Assembly (NCBI GenBank): GCA_017560765.1
Contig: JAFZEI010000015.1
Span: 397-64,396 of the forward strand
DNA: 64,000 nucleotides
Reading direction: 5' to 3'
Source of the DNA: Clostridia bacterium
Lineage (GTDB): Bacteria > Bacillota > Clostridia > UBA1212 > UBA1255
Shown piece after piece: positions 9,131 to 18,582 of the stretch. The notes under the pieces are model-generated. The model was not told where the DNA came from. It made no database searches and saw nothing but the letters and a program-made list of their open reading frames with translations. Position 1 is the first letter of the stretch. Each line of letters begins with the position of its first letter. The translations under genes were made by a program, and so were the position numbers.

Positions 9131-12100
9131 TTACAAAAATATCGCCTCTTACAGGGAAACATCCCCACATAGCTCTTTGCACAAGAGAATCGGCCAACTC
9201 GTGTATCGGACTTACATAGTCTGAATTGTCAAAGACTGCTAAAACCATATCAAGTTTTATACCTCTGAAACTATAATAGCACCACATTCTTACTAATCTT
9301 TCAAGTCTTACAGCATTTTCGACTTTGCGTATCAAAACAGTAATTATAGGATTGTCGCCTGAAATACCGTAGCCCCATAAATGCTTTTTTGTTTTATCGT
9401 CATAATATTTTCTGCCGTAAAGTAATTTAGAAGCATAACTTCTGAAAAATTGCATATCTCCTTTTCTAAAAGAAATATGTTCTTTTTCTATGAGGCAACG
9501 CGTCCTTGCCAATTCAAAAATACGTTGTGTGTTGGCAAAACTGTTAATTTCTGTAAAAGCAGTCTCTTTATTCTGATTCATGCCCATAACAAGCGAAAAA
9601 ACTGCATTTTCTCCGGCTTCGACACGCAACTTAAGATTTACTGCAAAGCATGGATTTAAAACGGTTCCAGCTATGCCTGATAACAAAAAGTCAGAACTAC
9701 CGTTTCTTCCCTTAAAAGAAAGTACATCAGTGTCATACATTATTGATTCCACCTGTTTTTTGCTTTCAGAAGAAACATCCACATAAAAGTAACTTTCCAC
9801 ATGATTATCCGTCGGCTTATGCTTTCGCCTTGTTGCCAAAAGGCAAACACTTGAGCTTTCTGTCTTTACAGCTTTCGTGGTAATAAACATTCCCGAATAA
9901 GAAGGATGCGCCGCATACGAAGCAGGATAGTCCATCATAAGTCTGCAATACAATGTTATGTTTTCATACAGCTCATTTTTCCCTTTGTTTGTAATTTTAA
10001 AAATACGAACTTCTGCGTTATCTTCCGTTGCTACACATATACTTTGTGTTACTTCCTCTTGTTTTGTAAGGTAGAGATATTCACCGCTCCCGGAATAAAC
10101 AGTACATTTTACAGGTTTCATCATTTCACCATTTAAATAAAACACAATACCCTCAGGTAAAATTTGTTCTCTGTGAACATCAATGCCCATCCCGCATAGG
10201 GAAGAATAGCTGTTTCCCTGACCGTTGATTACCACACTGTATTTACCATTTGACAGTACATGAGCATCGTGTCCGGAAATGCAAACGTACTGTTCCTGCT
10301 GTTTTTCTTCACCTGAAGGTTCTTTACGGACAAGCTCATTTTTCGTCTTTGAAGCGTGTTTTTTAAATGCTTTTTTAGGGAACTTTTCTGTAAGCATTAC
10401 TTTAACCGGTTGCATCATTGCCATGTCGCTCAAGCCTTTTGATACCATTTCGTCAAAAAGCAAGTTTGCAATGCCGCATAAAGCCATACCCACATGATGT
10501 GCCATAAAACTTTCTACAATGCCTTTTCTTCCCGGAGTAAAGTCAATTGCCTCGTAATAACCATATTTTCCCTCTGTTCCCAATCGTGACAACAGCTCCA
10601 TATTACTGAATACTGCTTGTGGCGTAATGCTGCTTGCCATTAGACTTGCATAAGGTGCTACAACTGCATCGTCATTATGCATTCTCTTGACTGCCAAAGA
10701 TTTTAGGCCAAAAGCTTTGTATTTATAATTCATATTTATATCAAGCGCATTATAACCTGATTCTGAAATACCCCAAGGTTTATCTCCCGCAAGACTTTGC
10801 TGAATTTCCAGCATTTCATAAATCGATTTATTTAAAGCCGAACCGCAAGGCGACGGCACAAACAATTCAGGCAATACATATTCAAAAACAGTTCCGGACC
10901 AAGAAAGAAGCACATTGCCATCTTCATTACATCTGCGTGCAAGAGCAGAAAAGTGTTCCGCCTCCACATCACCCTTTGCCATGGCCACATAAGAAGTCAG
11001 CCGCGCCTCCGACATAATCATATCATAAAAAGAATTTGAAAATTCCCCCGTACTGTAATTATAACCTATACATAAATGCCTATGCTTATCGTTATACAGA
11101 ATGCCAAAATCCATTGCCAAAGCCATATTTTTCATTCTGGCTGCCAGAATTTTTTTATCCTCATATAAATTAAAAACACCTTGTGTAATATTTTTTTCTG
11201 CATTAACAAGCATTTCTTTCAAATTACAGCGAAAAGAATGGGCGTCTGCCTTTTCGTTCTTTACAGGCGCAACAAGCTCTTTATAATATTGTATTACTCT
11301 CAGAAATTCTTCTTTTGTATAATTATCTTTATTTAAGAATTCTTCTAAAACCCATATTTCTGCTGTATTTCCTTTTTCTGCAAATTCGTTTAAACAACAT
11401 ACTGTATCGTACAGACCTTCAGCAGATTTTTTTATATAATCTTCTGTTGTCTCCACTTCATTTATTGAATTTATCAGTGAAGACGCTGCCAACAGGCAAG
11501 CAGCAAGATTGCCGCTGTCTACACAAGAAACGTATTTTGGTTCCAGAACCTGCAAAGACATTGTGTCATACCAATTAAAAATATGCCCGTTCCACTTGTC
11601 CATTCTGTCTAAGGTATTCATAATTTTTTCTAAACGAACAAGCATTTCTCCTTGAGATATATAACCGAAGTGTTGTGCAATTACAGTAGAAACTATCAAA
11701 AAACCAATATTTGTAGGAGATGTTCTGTGGGCTACCGAATACACCGGCGAAAATTGCACATTGTCAGGGGGCAGAAAATTATCGCTTTCTACGGCATAAT
11801 CGTAATAAAAAGCCCATATTTTTCTTGCATTAATACGAAATTTCTTTATTTGAAGCTTTGTAAGTTTTTTAGATTTATTTCCGTATCTTTGTTTAATTGT
11901 TTTTTTAGAACAAACATAAGCTCCCCACGGTCCTAAAATCCACAATACACTTGGAATTCCAAACAAAAAAGGCGCCATAACAGCTGCCGAAGCAAAATTT
12001 ATCCACATTGTTCTGTTATAGTAAGCTAATGTATTTTGTATGCTTTTGTCAGCATCAGAGGAAACAACCCATTCCAGCATTTTCTGTCTGCTGCGAAAAG

Positions 12101-14543
12101 TTCTCCACACCGCACGTATCATACCATCTGCATGAACAAGGAAAGTGTGTGGAAGCAGTATAAAATTGCTTAGTACTCGCATGATTCTTGGTACGAATCT
12201 ACCTCCCGATGTGATTAACAGTGTACCTGTAACGATAAAAACCCATAAAAAGGCATCACGGCGAAGAAAAAGCATTCCTATCACAAAAACCATAAAAAGA
12301 GCTACAGGCAACAAACTTCTTAATAAATTCATTCCGATTTTAAAACGCGAGTAAAAATTAAGAGGATTATTTTTTAATACACCTTTTTCGTTTTCAAATC
12401 TTTTTCCCAAAAAAGGAAGTAACTGCCAATCTCCTCTTATCCACCTATGCTCTCTTTTAATATATCCACCGTAGCTGCGGGGAAAACTGTCATATAAATG
12501 AACATCCGAAACAAATGCAGTTCTTACAAAGGAACCTTCCAAAAGGTCGTGGCTTAATATACTGTTTCTTTTAAATCTCCCATCAAGAACACCATTGAAA
12601 ACATAAGGATCATACATGCCCTTTCCCGTATATATTCCCTCTGCGCAAACATCAAAATAAAAATCTGATGTTTTGCATCCGTATGAATCAAATCCCACTT
12701 CATCACTGTAAATTTTTTCAAAAATTGTTGTATTTTCTCTGTCGAGTCCTGATGGGGATATTGCAGGCTGCAAAAGCCCGTAACCCTTTGTCACCACGGG
12801 TTCACCTTTTACATAACTTATCTGCGGACGGTTTAAAGGATGATACATAATTTGCGCCATTTTGACAGCCGTATTTATTGGAATTACTGAGTCCGCATCT
12901 ACTGTCAGCACATAATTCACTTTTGGCAACTCACCTTTAATAATTGCTCTGTTAAGCTCAATAAGTGCACCTCTTTTTCTCTCATACCCCATCCATTTAT
13001 TGTCTTCTTTATAAAAATCTCTTTCCCTGACAAGTATACAAAAACGTTCACCTAACTTTTCTGTTTCTGTCTTTGCATACTGAATGAGTTCCCTGTCTTC
13101 CGGTGTGGTTTTTGTGGTACTTTCAGGTAAATCTGCCAACAAAGTATACCAAATCCCCTCTTGAGGATTTGCCCAATATGCCGCCTCCAATTGCTTAATC
13201 ATTTCGTCTACTCGTTTTTTTGAGGTTATCATACATGGCAAAACTATCATAATTTTACAATCCTCAGGTAATTTACCATGAAATTCCATTTCCGGCAGCG
13301 AAAACGGCATCTTCCTGTCCGTGTACATTTTCTGTATCAATGACAAAGAAATATTCATTGACGCAATTAATATAAGCAAAACGCAAAAGGCTCCTAAAAA
13401 TATTCCGAATATACCGTAAAGTTCCATAGAAAGCCCATACGCATAAACTCCGGGGCAAAAGGCCAAAACGGCAGAAGTAAACAAGAACATAACAAAAAAA
13501 GAGCCAAAGTCATTATGCTTTGTATAGTCCTCATATATAAAATCCCCTACATGAGCCTGCCGGTTTTGAGCCTTTTCCAATACTTCCAATGCATATTTTT
13601 CGGGAGAGGTATGTTTGCGTTTTGCACATACTTGTACAATACGCAAATATTCACGTCTTGACTTGGATGTCATTTTGTTAAAAATTCCCGTGGGATCTTT
13701 GCGTAAAATCTGCTCTGTAACACAAAGCTCAGACATAATTTTATCCCAATCCAGTGACGGCAAATCCCTTAGACTTTTTATGGCATTTCCCATAGAAACA
13801 CCTAATGAAATTCTCGTTCTGTGTTCTCTTTCTATCAGCTCTTCAACCGTTGTTCCTTTTGCTGCCAGCTTACCGGAAAGAGCAGTTCTTATTGTGTCAT
13901 TCTGTTCTAATTCAGCAGACAACCGAAGTACAGTTTCGGCAAAAACAGGCGTTATCATATCTGCATTATCAAACAAAACAGCTGCACTTCTCATGCGCTG
14001 CCCATTTTCCGTAGTGTAAGAAGAAAACTCTCTGAAAATTTTCTCGGCTGTTTTTCTGTCTTTGTATATTTTATCCGAAATTTTACAAATTTCTGCAATT
14101 CTCTTAATAAGTGCCACTTGTAGCATACATGGCAAAAACGTAAGAGACTCGGTATCTATTGGTCTTATTTTTTCATACGACGTTACAAAATCCAATATTT
14201 CCCGCTGCCCAATGCAGCCATCTGTATGCGAAGCAATTTCCGCCGCCAAATCATAAACAGGTAAAATTTTACGACTGTATTCTTCGTTTTTTACACTTTC
14301 GGCAGCCTCATTTACAACATGATAATTGTCAGCTATCCACTCGTCCGACGGAATACTTTGCAATTTTTGCGTATTTTCGCCATCTGACATAATTCTGCTG
14401 TATGTTTCATCTATACTTCCACTGCATTTTTCTATTGACGGAATGCTCCTTACGCCGTATCTGCCTTGCAAATGCTTTTCTCCGATATTTGCAGCATGCT
14501 TTATATATTCTTTTCCCGTTAATAATGTATCCTCAAGAATCAT
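9063..14543 (-). CDS. Cyclic beta-1,2-glucan synthase, N-terminal 1826 aa (N-terminal region, GT84-like glycosyltransferase, TM segments, glucoamylase-like/cyclization region)
   Basis: WIADNYHVVNE, WMGYERKRGALIELN, LTVDADS, GYGLLQPAI, SHDLLEGSF, REHRWIRGDWQLLPFL, SPTNIGFLIV, NWYDT...VDSGNLAACLLA and GISESGYNA. This is the same order as in Cgs/ChvB/NdvB. Confidence 0.85.
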   Translation of the reverse strand: MILEDTLLTGKEYIKHAANIGEKHLQGRYGVRSIPSIEKCSGSIDETYSRIMSDGENTQKLQSIPSDEWIADNYHVVNEAAESVKNEEYSRKILPVYDLAAEIASHTDGCIGQREILDFVTSYEKIRPIDTESLTFLPCMLQVALIKRIAEICKISDKIYKDRKTAEKIFREFSSYTTENGQRMRSAAVLFDNADMITPVFAETVLRLSAELEQNDTIRTALSGKLAAKGTTVEELIEREHRTRISLGVSMGNAIKSLRDLPSLDWDKIMSELCVTEQILRKDPTGIFNKMTSKSRREYLRIVQVCAKRKHTSPEKYALEVLEKAQNRQAHVGDFIYEDYTKHNDFGSFFVMFLFTSAVLAFCPGVYAYGLSMELYGIFGIFLGAFCVLLILIASMNISLSLIQKMYTDRKMPFSLPEMEFHGKLPEDCKIMIVLPCMITSKKRVDEMIKQLEAAYWANPQEGIWYTLLADLPESTTKTTPEDRELIQYAKTETEKLGERFCILVRERDFYKEDNKWMGYERKRGALIELNRAIIKGELPKVNYVLTVDADSVIPINTAVKMAQIMYHPLNRPQISYVKGEPVVTKGYGLLQPAISPSGLDRENTTIFEKIYSDEVGFDSYGCKTSDFYFDVCAEGIYTGKGMYDPYVFNGVLDGRFKRNSILSHDLLEGSFVRTAFVSDVHLYDSFPRSYGGYIKREHRWIRGDWQLLPFLGKRFENEKGVLKNNPLNFYSRFKIGMNLLRSLLPVALFMVFVIGMLFLRRDAFLWVFIVTGTLLITSGGRFVPRIMRVLSNFILLPHTFLVHADGMIRAVWRTFRSRQKMLEWVVSSDADKSIQNTLAYYNRTMWINFASAAVMAPFLFGIPSVLWILGPWGAYVCSKKTIKQRYGNKSKKLTKLQIKKFRINARKIWAFYYDYAVESDNFLPPDNVQFSPVYSVAHRTSPTNIGFLIVSTVIAQHFGYISQGEMLVRLEKIMNTLDRMDKWNGHIFNWYDTMSLQVLEPKYVSCVDSGNLAACLLAASSLINSINEVETTEDYIKKSAEGLYDTVCCLNEFAEKGNTAEIWVLEEFLNKDNYTKEEFLRVIQYYKELVAPVKNEKADAHSFRCNLKEMLVNAEKNITQGVFNLYEDKKILAARMKNMALAMDFGILYNDKHRHLCIGYNYSTGEFSNSFYDMIMSEARLTSYVAMAKGDVEAEHFSALARRCNEDGNVLLSWSGTVFEYVLPELFVPSPCGSALNKSIYEMLEIQQSLAGDKPWGISESGYNALDINMNYKYKAFGLKSLAVKRMHNDDAVVAPYASLMASSITPQAVFSNMELLSRLGTEGKYGYYEAIDFTPGRKGIVESFMAHHVGMALCGIANLLFDEMVSKGLSDMAMMQPVKVMLTEKFPKKAFKKHASKTKNELVRKEPSGEEKQQEQYVCISGHDAHVLSNGKYSVVINGQGNSYSSLCGMGIDVHREQILPEGIVFYLNGEMMKPVKCTVYSGSGEYLYLTKQEEVTQSICVATEDNAEVRIFKITNKGKNELYENITLYCRLMMDYPASYAAHPSYSGMFITTKAVKTESSSVCLLATRRKHKPTDNHVESYFYVDVSSESKKQVESIMYDTDVLSFKGRNGSSDFLLSGIAGTVLNPCFAVNLKLRVEAGENAVFSLVMGMNQNKETAFTEINSFANTQRIFELARTRCLIEKEHISFRKGDMQFFRSYASKLLYGRKYYDDKTKKHLWGYGISGDNPIITVLIRKVENAVRLERLVRMWCYYSFRGIKLDMVLAVFDNSDYVSPIHELADSLVQRAMWGCFPVRGDIFVIVPKDSNGAAPIIEASNLVFWL

Positions 14544-14600
14544 TTCACAACTACACCTCGTTGCTTTATTATTCGCAAGGAAGGTAAATTTTATACAAAT

Positions 14601-15392
14601 TCAGACCTTTTTCAATCTGGAATAATCGCCCTCTCTCATTGTGCAATAAATTCTGGATGGATCAAGCTCCCAGCCGTTTCCTGTATTCCTGTTTAGCAGT
14701 TCATCAACAGTTACAAAACGATATCCTTTTTCTTTTAAAATATCCATGGCTCTGAATGCTGTTTCTATAGATGTTTCATAATTATCATGGAGTAAAACAA
14801 TATCTCCGTCAAAAGTGTTTTCAACTATTGTTTTTACCATTTTATCTATATTTCTGCATTGCCAATCACGAGTATCATAATATCCCCAGCAAACAGTTAT
14901 CATGGGTGCTGCTATATTTCTCACCCAAGGAGCAGTCAATGCGCTGCCTCCCGGTGGTCTCATATATTTAGTCTCCTGACCTGTTATTTCTTTTATAAGT
15001 TCATTTGTTTTTTTTAGCTCATAATCAACTTTTTCATGTGTTGATTTGCTGAGCCAACAATGAGAATACGAATGATTTGCAACAGTATGTCCCTCTCTTG
15101 CCATACGTGCAACAAGCTCTCTGCCTTTTGCAATCTCCCAATCCTCATATTTACCGGATTTATAATCCAATCTTTCACCTACAACAAAAAAAGTTGCTTT
15201 TGCATCTCTTTCGGCCAAACCATCCAAAAGCTTTTTTGTATATATGGGATTTGGCCCGTCATCAAACGTAAAAGCGACCATGGGCTTTATTCCCTCTCCG
15301 TTATCTGCTTTTACATAAACAGGAAAGAAAAGCGACAATACAATTACTAACCAAATTATAAAAATTGTTTCTATAAGATACACTTTGCGCAT
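14601..15392 (-). CDS. Membrane-anchored polysaccharide deacetylase (CE4/NodB domain)
   Basis: N-terminal TM segment, FTFDDGP, HSYSH and LLHD motifs. Length 263 aa. Confidence 0.9.
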   Translation of the reverse strand: MRKVYLIETIFIIWLVIVLSLFFPVYVKADNGEGIKPMVAFTFDDGPNPIYTKKLLDGLAERDAKATFFVVGERLDYKSGKYEDWEIAKGRELVARMAREGHTVANHSYSHCWLSKSTHEKVDYELKKTNELIKEITGQETKYMRPPGGSALTAPWVRNIAAPMITVCWGYYDTRDWQCRNIDKMVKTIVENTFDGDIVLLHDNYETSIETAFRAMDILKEKGYRFVTVDELLNRNTGNGWELDPSRIYCTMREGDYSRLKKV

Positions 15393-15426
15393 AAAAAAAC
15401 TCCTTCACACGATAATGTGACGGAGT
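15393..15426 (-). terminator. Terminator-like hairpin after deoC whose 3' arm contains the SD of the deacetylase gene
   Basis: Minus strand reads ACTCCGTCACA-TTATCG-TGTGAAGGAGT followed by TTTTTT, then ATG at 15392. The stem is 11 bp with 1 mismatch. Confidence 0.65.
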
Positions 15427-15474
15427 TTATTATTAGCAAAATTATTTCATTGAAACAGAAAATTAATGTAAATT

Positions 15475-16143
15475 TTAAATTGCGCCGGCATCTATTGCTT
15501 GCTGCATTATTTTCACCCCTGAAGAAGTTCCCAATCTGCTGGCTCCTGCCTCTATCAAGGCTGCTGCTTCTTCATACGTGCGTATTCCTCCGGAAGCCTT
15601 TACAAGTGTACATTCAAACAAGTCGACATTTTTTTTAAGCAATTCAACATCTTTAACTGTAGCCTTTCCCTCTGTGAAACCTGTACATGTCTTAACAAAA
15701 TCAGCACGTGCTTCACAAACAAGCTTTACAGCCATGTCTTTTTCATGTTCCGTAAGAAGTCCTGTTTCTATAATAACTTTTAAAGTTCCGCCGCGAATTG
15801 CGCGTTTGACAGCTGCTATTTCATTTACAACAAAACTGTATCTACGTTCCTTCAGTGCCGCCAAATTCATTACCATATCGTACTCATCACAGCCATTTTC
15901 GCAGGCTTCTTCTGCTTCTGCCATCTTAATTCTTACAGAATTCGCTCCCAAAGGGAATCCTATAACGGTGCACACCTTTACATCCGTTCCTTTTAAAAGA
16001 CCGCTTGCCAACGGAACATATATCGGATTTACGCATACAGAGGCAAATTTCCAATATGCCGCTTCTGTGCAAAGCTTTTCTATATCAAATCTCGTTGCTG
16101 AAGATTTTAAATTTGTATGGTCAATATATTCGTTAAGATTCAT
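15475..16143 (-). CDS. deoC: Deoxyribose-phosphate aldolase
   Basis: IDHTNLK, FVKTCTGF (Schiff-base Lys context) and KASGGIRT. Length 222 aa. Confidence 0.93.
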   Translation of the reverse strand: MNLNEYIDHTNLKSSATRFDIEKLCTEAAYWKFASVCVNPIYVPLASGLLKGTDVKVCTVIGFPLGANSVRIKMAEAEEACENGCDEYDMVMNLAALKERRYSFVVNEIAAVKRAIRGGTLKVIIETGLLTEHEKDMAVKLVCEARADFVKTCTGFTEGKATVKDVELLKKNVDLFECTLVKASGGIRTYEEAAALIEAGASRLGTSSGVKIMQQAIDAGAI

Positions 16144-16161
16144 TATATATCTTTTCCTTTC

Positions 16162-17382
16162 TTAATCTCTTTTGAAAAGGTCTCTCGTATACACTTTCTC
16201 TTTAACATCATCAAGGCAAGCGTCATATCTGTTTGCTATTATACAATCACACTGCTTTTTAAAAGTCTCTAGGTCATTTACAATTTTACTGCCGTAAAAT
16301 ACTGAATTATCCTCCAAAGTCGGCTCATAAATAATAACAGTCGTTCCTTCTGCTTTTATTCTCTTCATTACTCCCTGTATAGAACTCTGTCGGAAATTGT
16401 CGGAATTGCTCTTCATTGTCAATCTATAAACGCCTACAGTGAGATTTTGCGCGTTATTTCCGTCAAAGCCTGCCTTTTTTAGCACACGCTCCGCAATAAA
16501 ATCTTTTCTCGTCCTGTTGCTTTCTACAATCGCACCTATCAGATTTTCAGGAATATCTGCATAATTCGCAAGCAACTGCTTTGTATCTTTTGGCAAGCAG
16601 TACCCTCCGTAACCGAATGAAGGATTATTGTAGTGATTGCCTATTCTTGGGTCTAAACATACACCTTCTATTATTGCTTGTGTGTCAAGGCCTTTGATTT
16701 CCGCATACGTATCCAGCTCATTAAAATACGATACTCTCAAAGCCAAATATGTGTTTGCAAAAAGCTTCACTGCCTCTGCCTCTGTAGTTCCCATGAAAAG
16801 AGTATCAACATTTTCTTTGATTGCGCCTTCTTGTAAAAGTTCTGCAAAAGTATGAGCTGCTGTCACAAGCTTCTCGTTTTGCATATCCGTTCCCACTATT
16901 ATTCTTGACGGATACAAGTTGTCATACAAAGCTTTTGATTCTCTTAAAAACTCAGGGCTGAAAAGTATGTTTTCTGTGTTATATTTTTTTCTTACTTTTT
17001 CTGTGAAGCCTACAGGTATTGTGGATTTTATTACCATTACAGCATTTGGATTGCATTTTTTTACAAGTTCTATGACTGCTTCGACTGCCGTTGTGTCGAA
17101 ATAATTTTTTGTGCTGTCATAATTGGTTGGTGCTGCAATAACTATAAAATCTGCATCGGAATATGCTTTGTCCCCATCTACCGTTGCTGTTAGATTTAAT
17201 TCTTTGGTAGATAAATATTCTTCAATTTCTTTGTCCTGTATGGGTGATTTTTTTTCATTAATAAGAGCTACCTTTTCAGGGACAATGTCTACAGCAGTAA
17301 CTTGATTATGCTGTGCCAAAAGGACAGCTAATGAAAGTCCCACATATCCTGTTCCGGCAACTGCAATTTTAAAATTATTCAT
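16162..17382 (-). CDS. ugd: UDP-glucose 6-dehydrogenase
   Basis: [13 protein letters not shown] and [12 protein letters not shown] prefer ATG at 17382 (GGAGG 5 nt upstream) over the track's TTG at 17397. Confidence 0.9.
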   Translation of the reverse strand: MNNFKIAVAGTGYVGLSLAVLLAQHNQVTAVDIVPEKVALINEKKSPIQDKEIEEYLSTKELNLTATVDGDKAYSDADFIVIAAPTNYDSTKNYFDTTAVEAVIELVKKCNPNAVMVIKSTIPVGFTEKVRKKYNTENILFSPEFLRESKALYDNLYPSRIIVGTDMQNEKLVTAAHTFAELLQEGAIKENVDTLFMGTTEAEAVKLFANTYLALRVSYFNELDTYAEIKGLDTQAIIEGVCLDPRIGNHYNNPSFGYGGYCLPKDTKQLLANYADIPENLIGAIVESNRTRKDFIAERVLKKAGFDGNNAQNLTVGVYRLTMKSNSDNFRQSSIQGVMKRIKAEGTTVIIYEPTLEDNSVFYGSKIVNDLETFKKQCDCIIANRYDACLDDVKEKVYTRDLFKRD

Positions 17383-17400
17383 ATTATCCTCCCACAAAAT

Positions 17401-18582
17401 TTACGAAATAATTTCTGCAGAAATTTTTTTGCAAGAGAGCTTTTCGCAAGGTTCCCAAATCTGCTTTTCTGCCATAAGAGCTCTGATTTTTTGTATGATA
17501 TCGTTTTCTTCATTATTACACCATAAATATCTGTCAAAGCCTGCAATATACTCTATCATTGCTTCTTTGTTATCTCCGTCTACAAGTACAAGCACAGGTC
17601 TGTTAGTAGCAGCATAATGATAAAGCTTTCCCGGTATTTGCGTGCCTTTTTTATTAAGAACGCAAATATATAAATCAGTTTTCTTTTCAAGCTCACTTAT
17701 ATCGCCTCTTGGAAAAACATTTATATTATCTGTTTTTTCAAGTGCAAAATCTGCTTTTCCCATAACATTCAATATCAATTCATTCTTCATGCCGTTACAA
17801 GCATTATACAAAGGCATAATATCTCTGTTATTCGAAAAATAATCTCCGTAATAACCTACAGTAAATATATTATTTTTTGTTTCACGATAAATCTTCGTTT
17901 CGATGAACGGAGTAGGCACAAATATCATTTTGTTTGCAAACTCCGGTTGTATTCTCTGCTCTTCTTGTAGTGTGAACGGTGATGTATAAACAATTTTATC
18001 TGCCTTTGAAAAGAGCTTTTTTTCTTCTCTTTTTATTGCTTTTTTAGTGTATATTGTTTTTGATGCTGAGATATCTCCTACCAAAGGGTCTCCCCAATAC
18101 TGTATCCACTTTTTATAAGTTAAACCTTGCTCAACTAATTTTGCCATAGCTATATGGCTTGTCTTTGGATCGGAATCTGACATCACATACTCATATTCTT
18201 TTGACGGAAGTTTTTCTATAGAAACTTTTTTTGCGATATCATGTGTAAAATCGTAAAGTGTTGTATAATGATACAATTTTCTTGCTATTTTAAATAGTTT
18301 ATGTTTTATACCGCCTTTTGAACCGCTAAGCATTCCGTATACTGCTTGATTTGCACCGCCGTTTTTTTCTTCATCTGCATAAATTATATTGACTTGCTCC
18401 ATAAAACCATAGCCGGACAAATCCTTTAATACTATATTTGAATTTGCATGAATGCAGAACAAATCTACTTCATATCCGTTCTCAACGAATCCCTTTATTA
18501 CAGCCAATGTTCTAATCATGGATGATGAAGAAGCATTTGGTGCTGCCATTTTTACTACGAGAATTTTTTTGTTATTTTTCAT
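17401..18582 (-). CDS. GT-B-fold glycosyltransferase (family not assignable by eye)
   Basis: 393 aa. Two Rossmann-like halves, with C-terminal QIPGKLYHYAATNRPVLVL resembling GT4-type donor-binding helices. Confidence 0.55.
   Translation of the reverse strand: MKNNKKILVVKMAAPNASSSSMIRTLAVIKGFVENGYEVDLFCIHANSNIVLKDLSGYGFMEQVNIIYADEEKNGGANQAVYGMLSGSKGGIKHKLFKIARKLYHYTTLYDFTHDIAKKVSIEKLPSKEYEYVMSDSDPKTSHIAMAKLVEQGLTYKKWIQYWGDPLVGDISASKTIYTKKAIKREEKKLFSKADKIVYTSPFTLQEEQRIQPEFANKMIFVPTPFIETKIYRETKNNIFTVGYYGDYFSNNRDIMPLYNACNGMKNELILNVMGKADFALEKTDNINVFPRGDISELEKKTDLYICVLNKKGTQIPGKLYHYAATNRPVLVLVDGDNKEAMIEYIAGFDRYLWCNNEENDIIQKIRALMAEKQIWEPCEKLSCKKISAEIIS

Noticed and set aside
15578-16165. 195-aa plus-strand ORF covering almost all of deoC
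   Set aside because: It is antisense to a well-supported deoC with clear catalytic motifs. The translation is low-complexity (S/T/F-rich) and there is no SD. This is a typical shadow ORF of an AT-rich gene.
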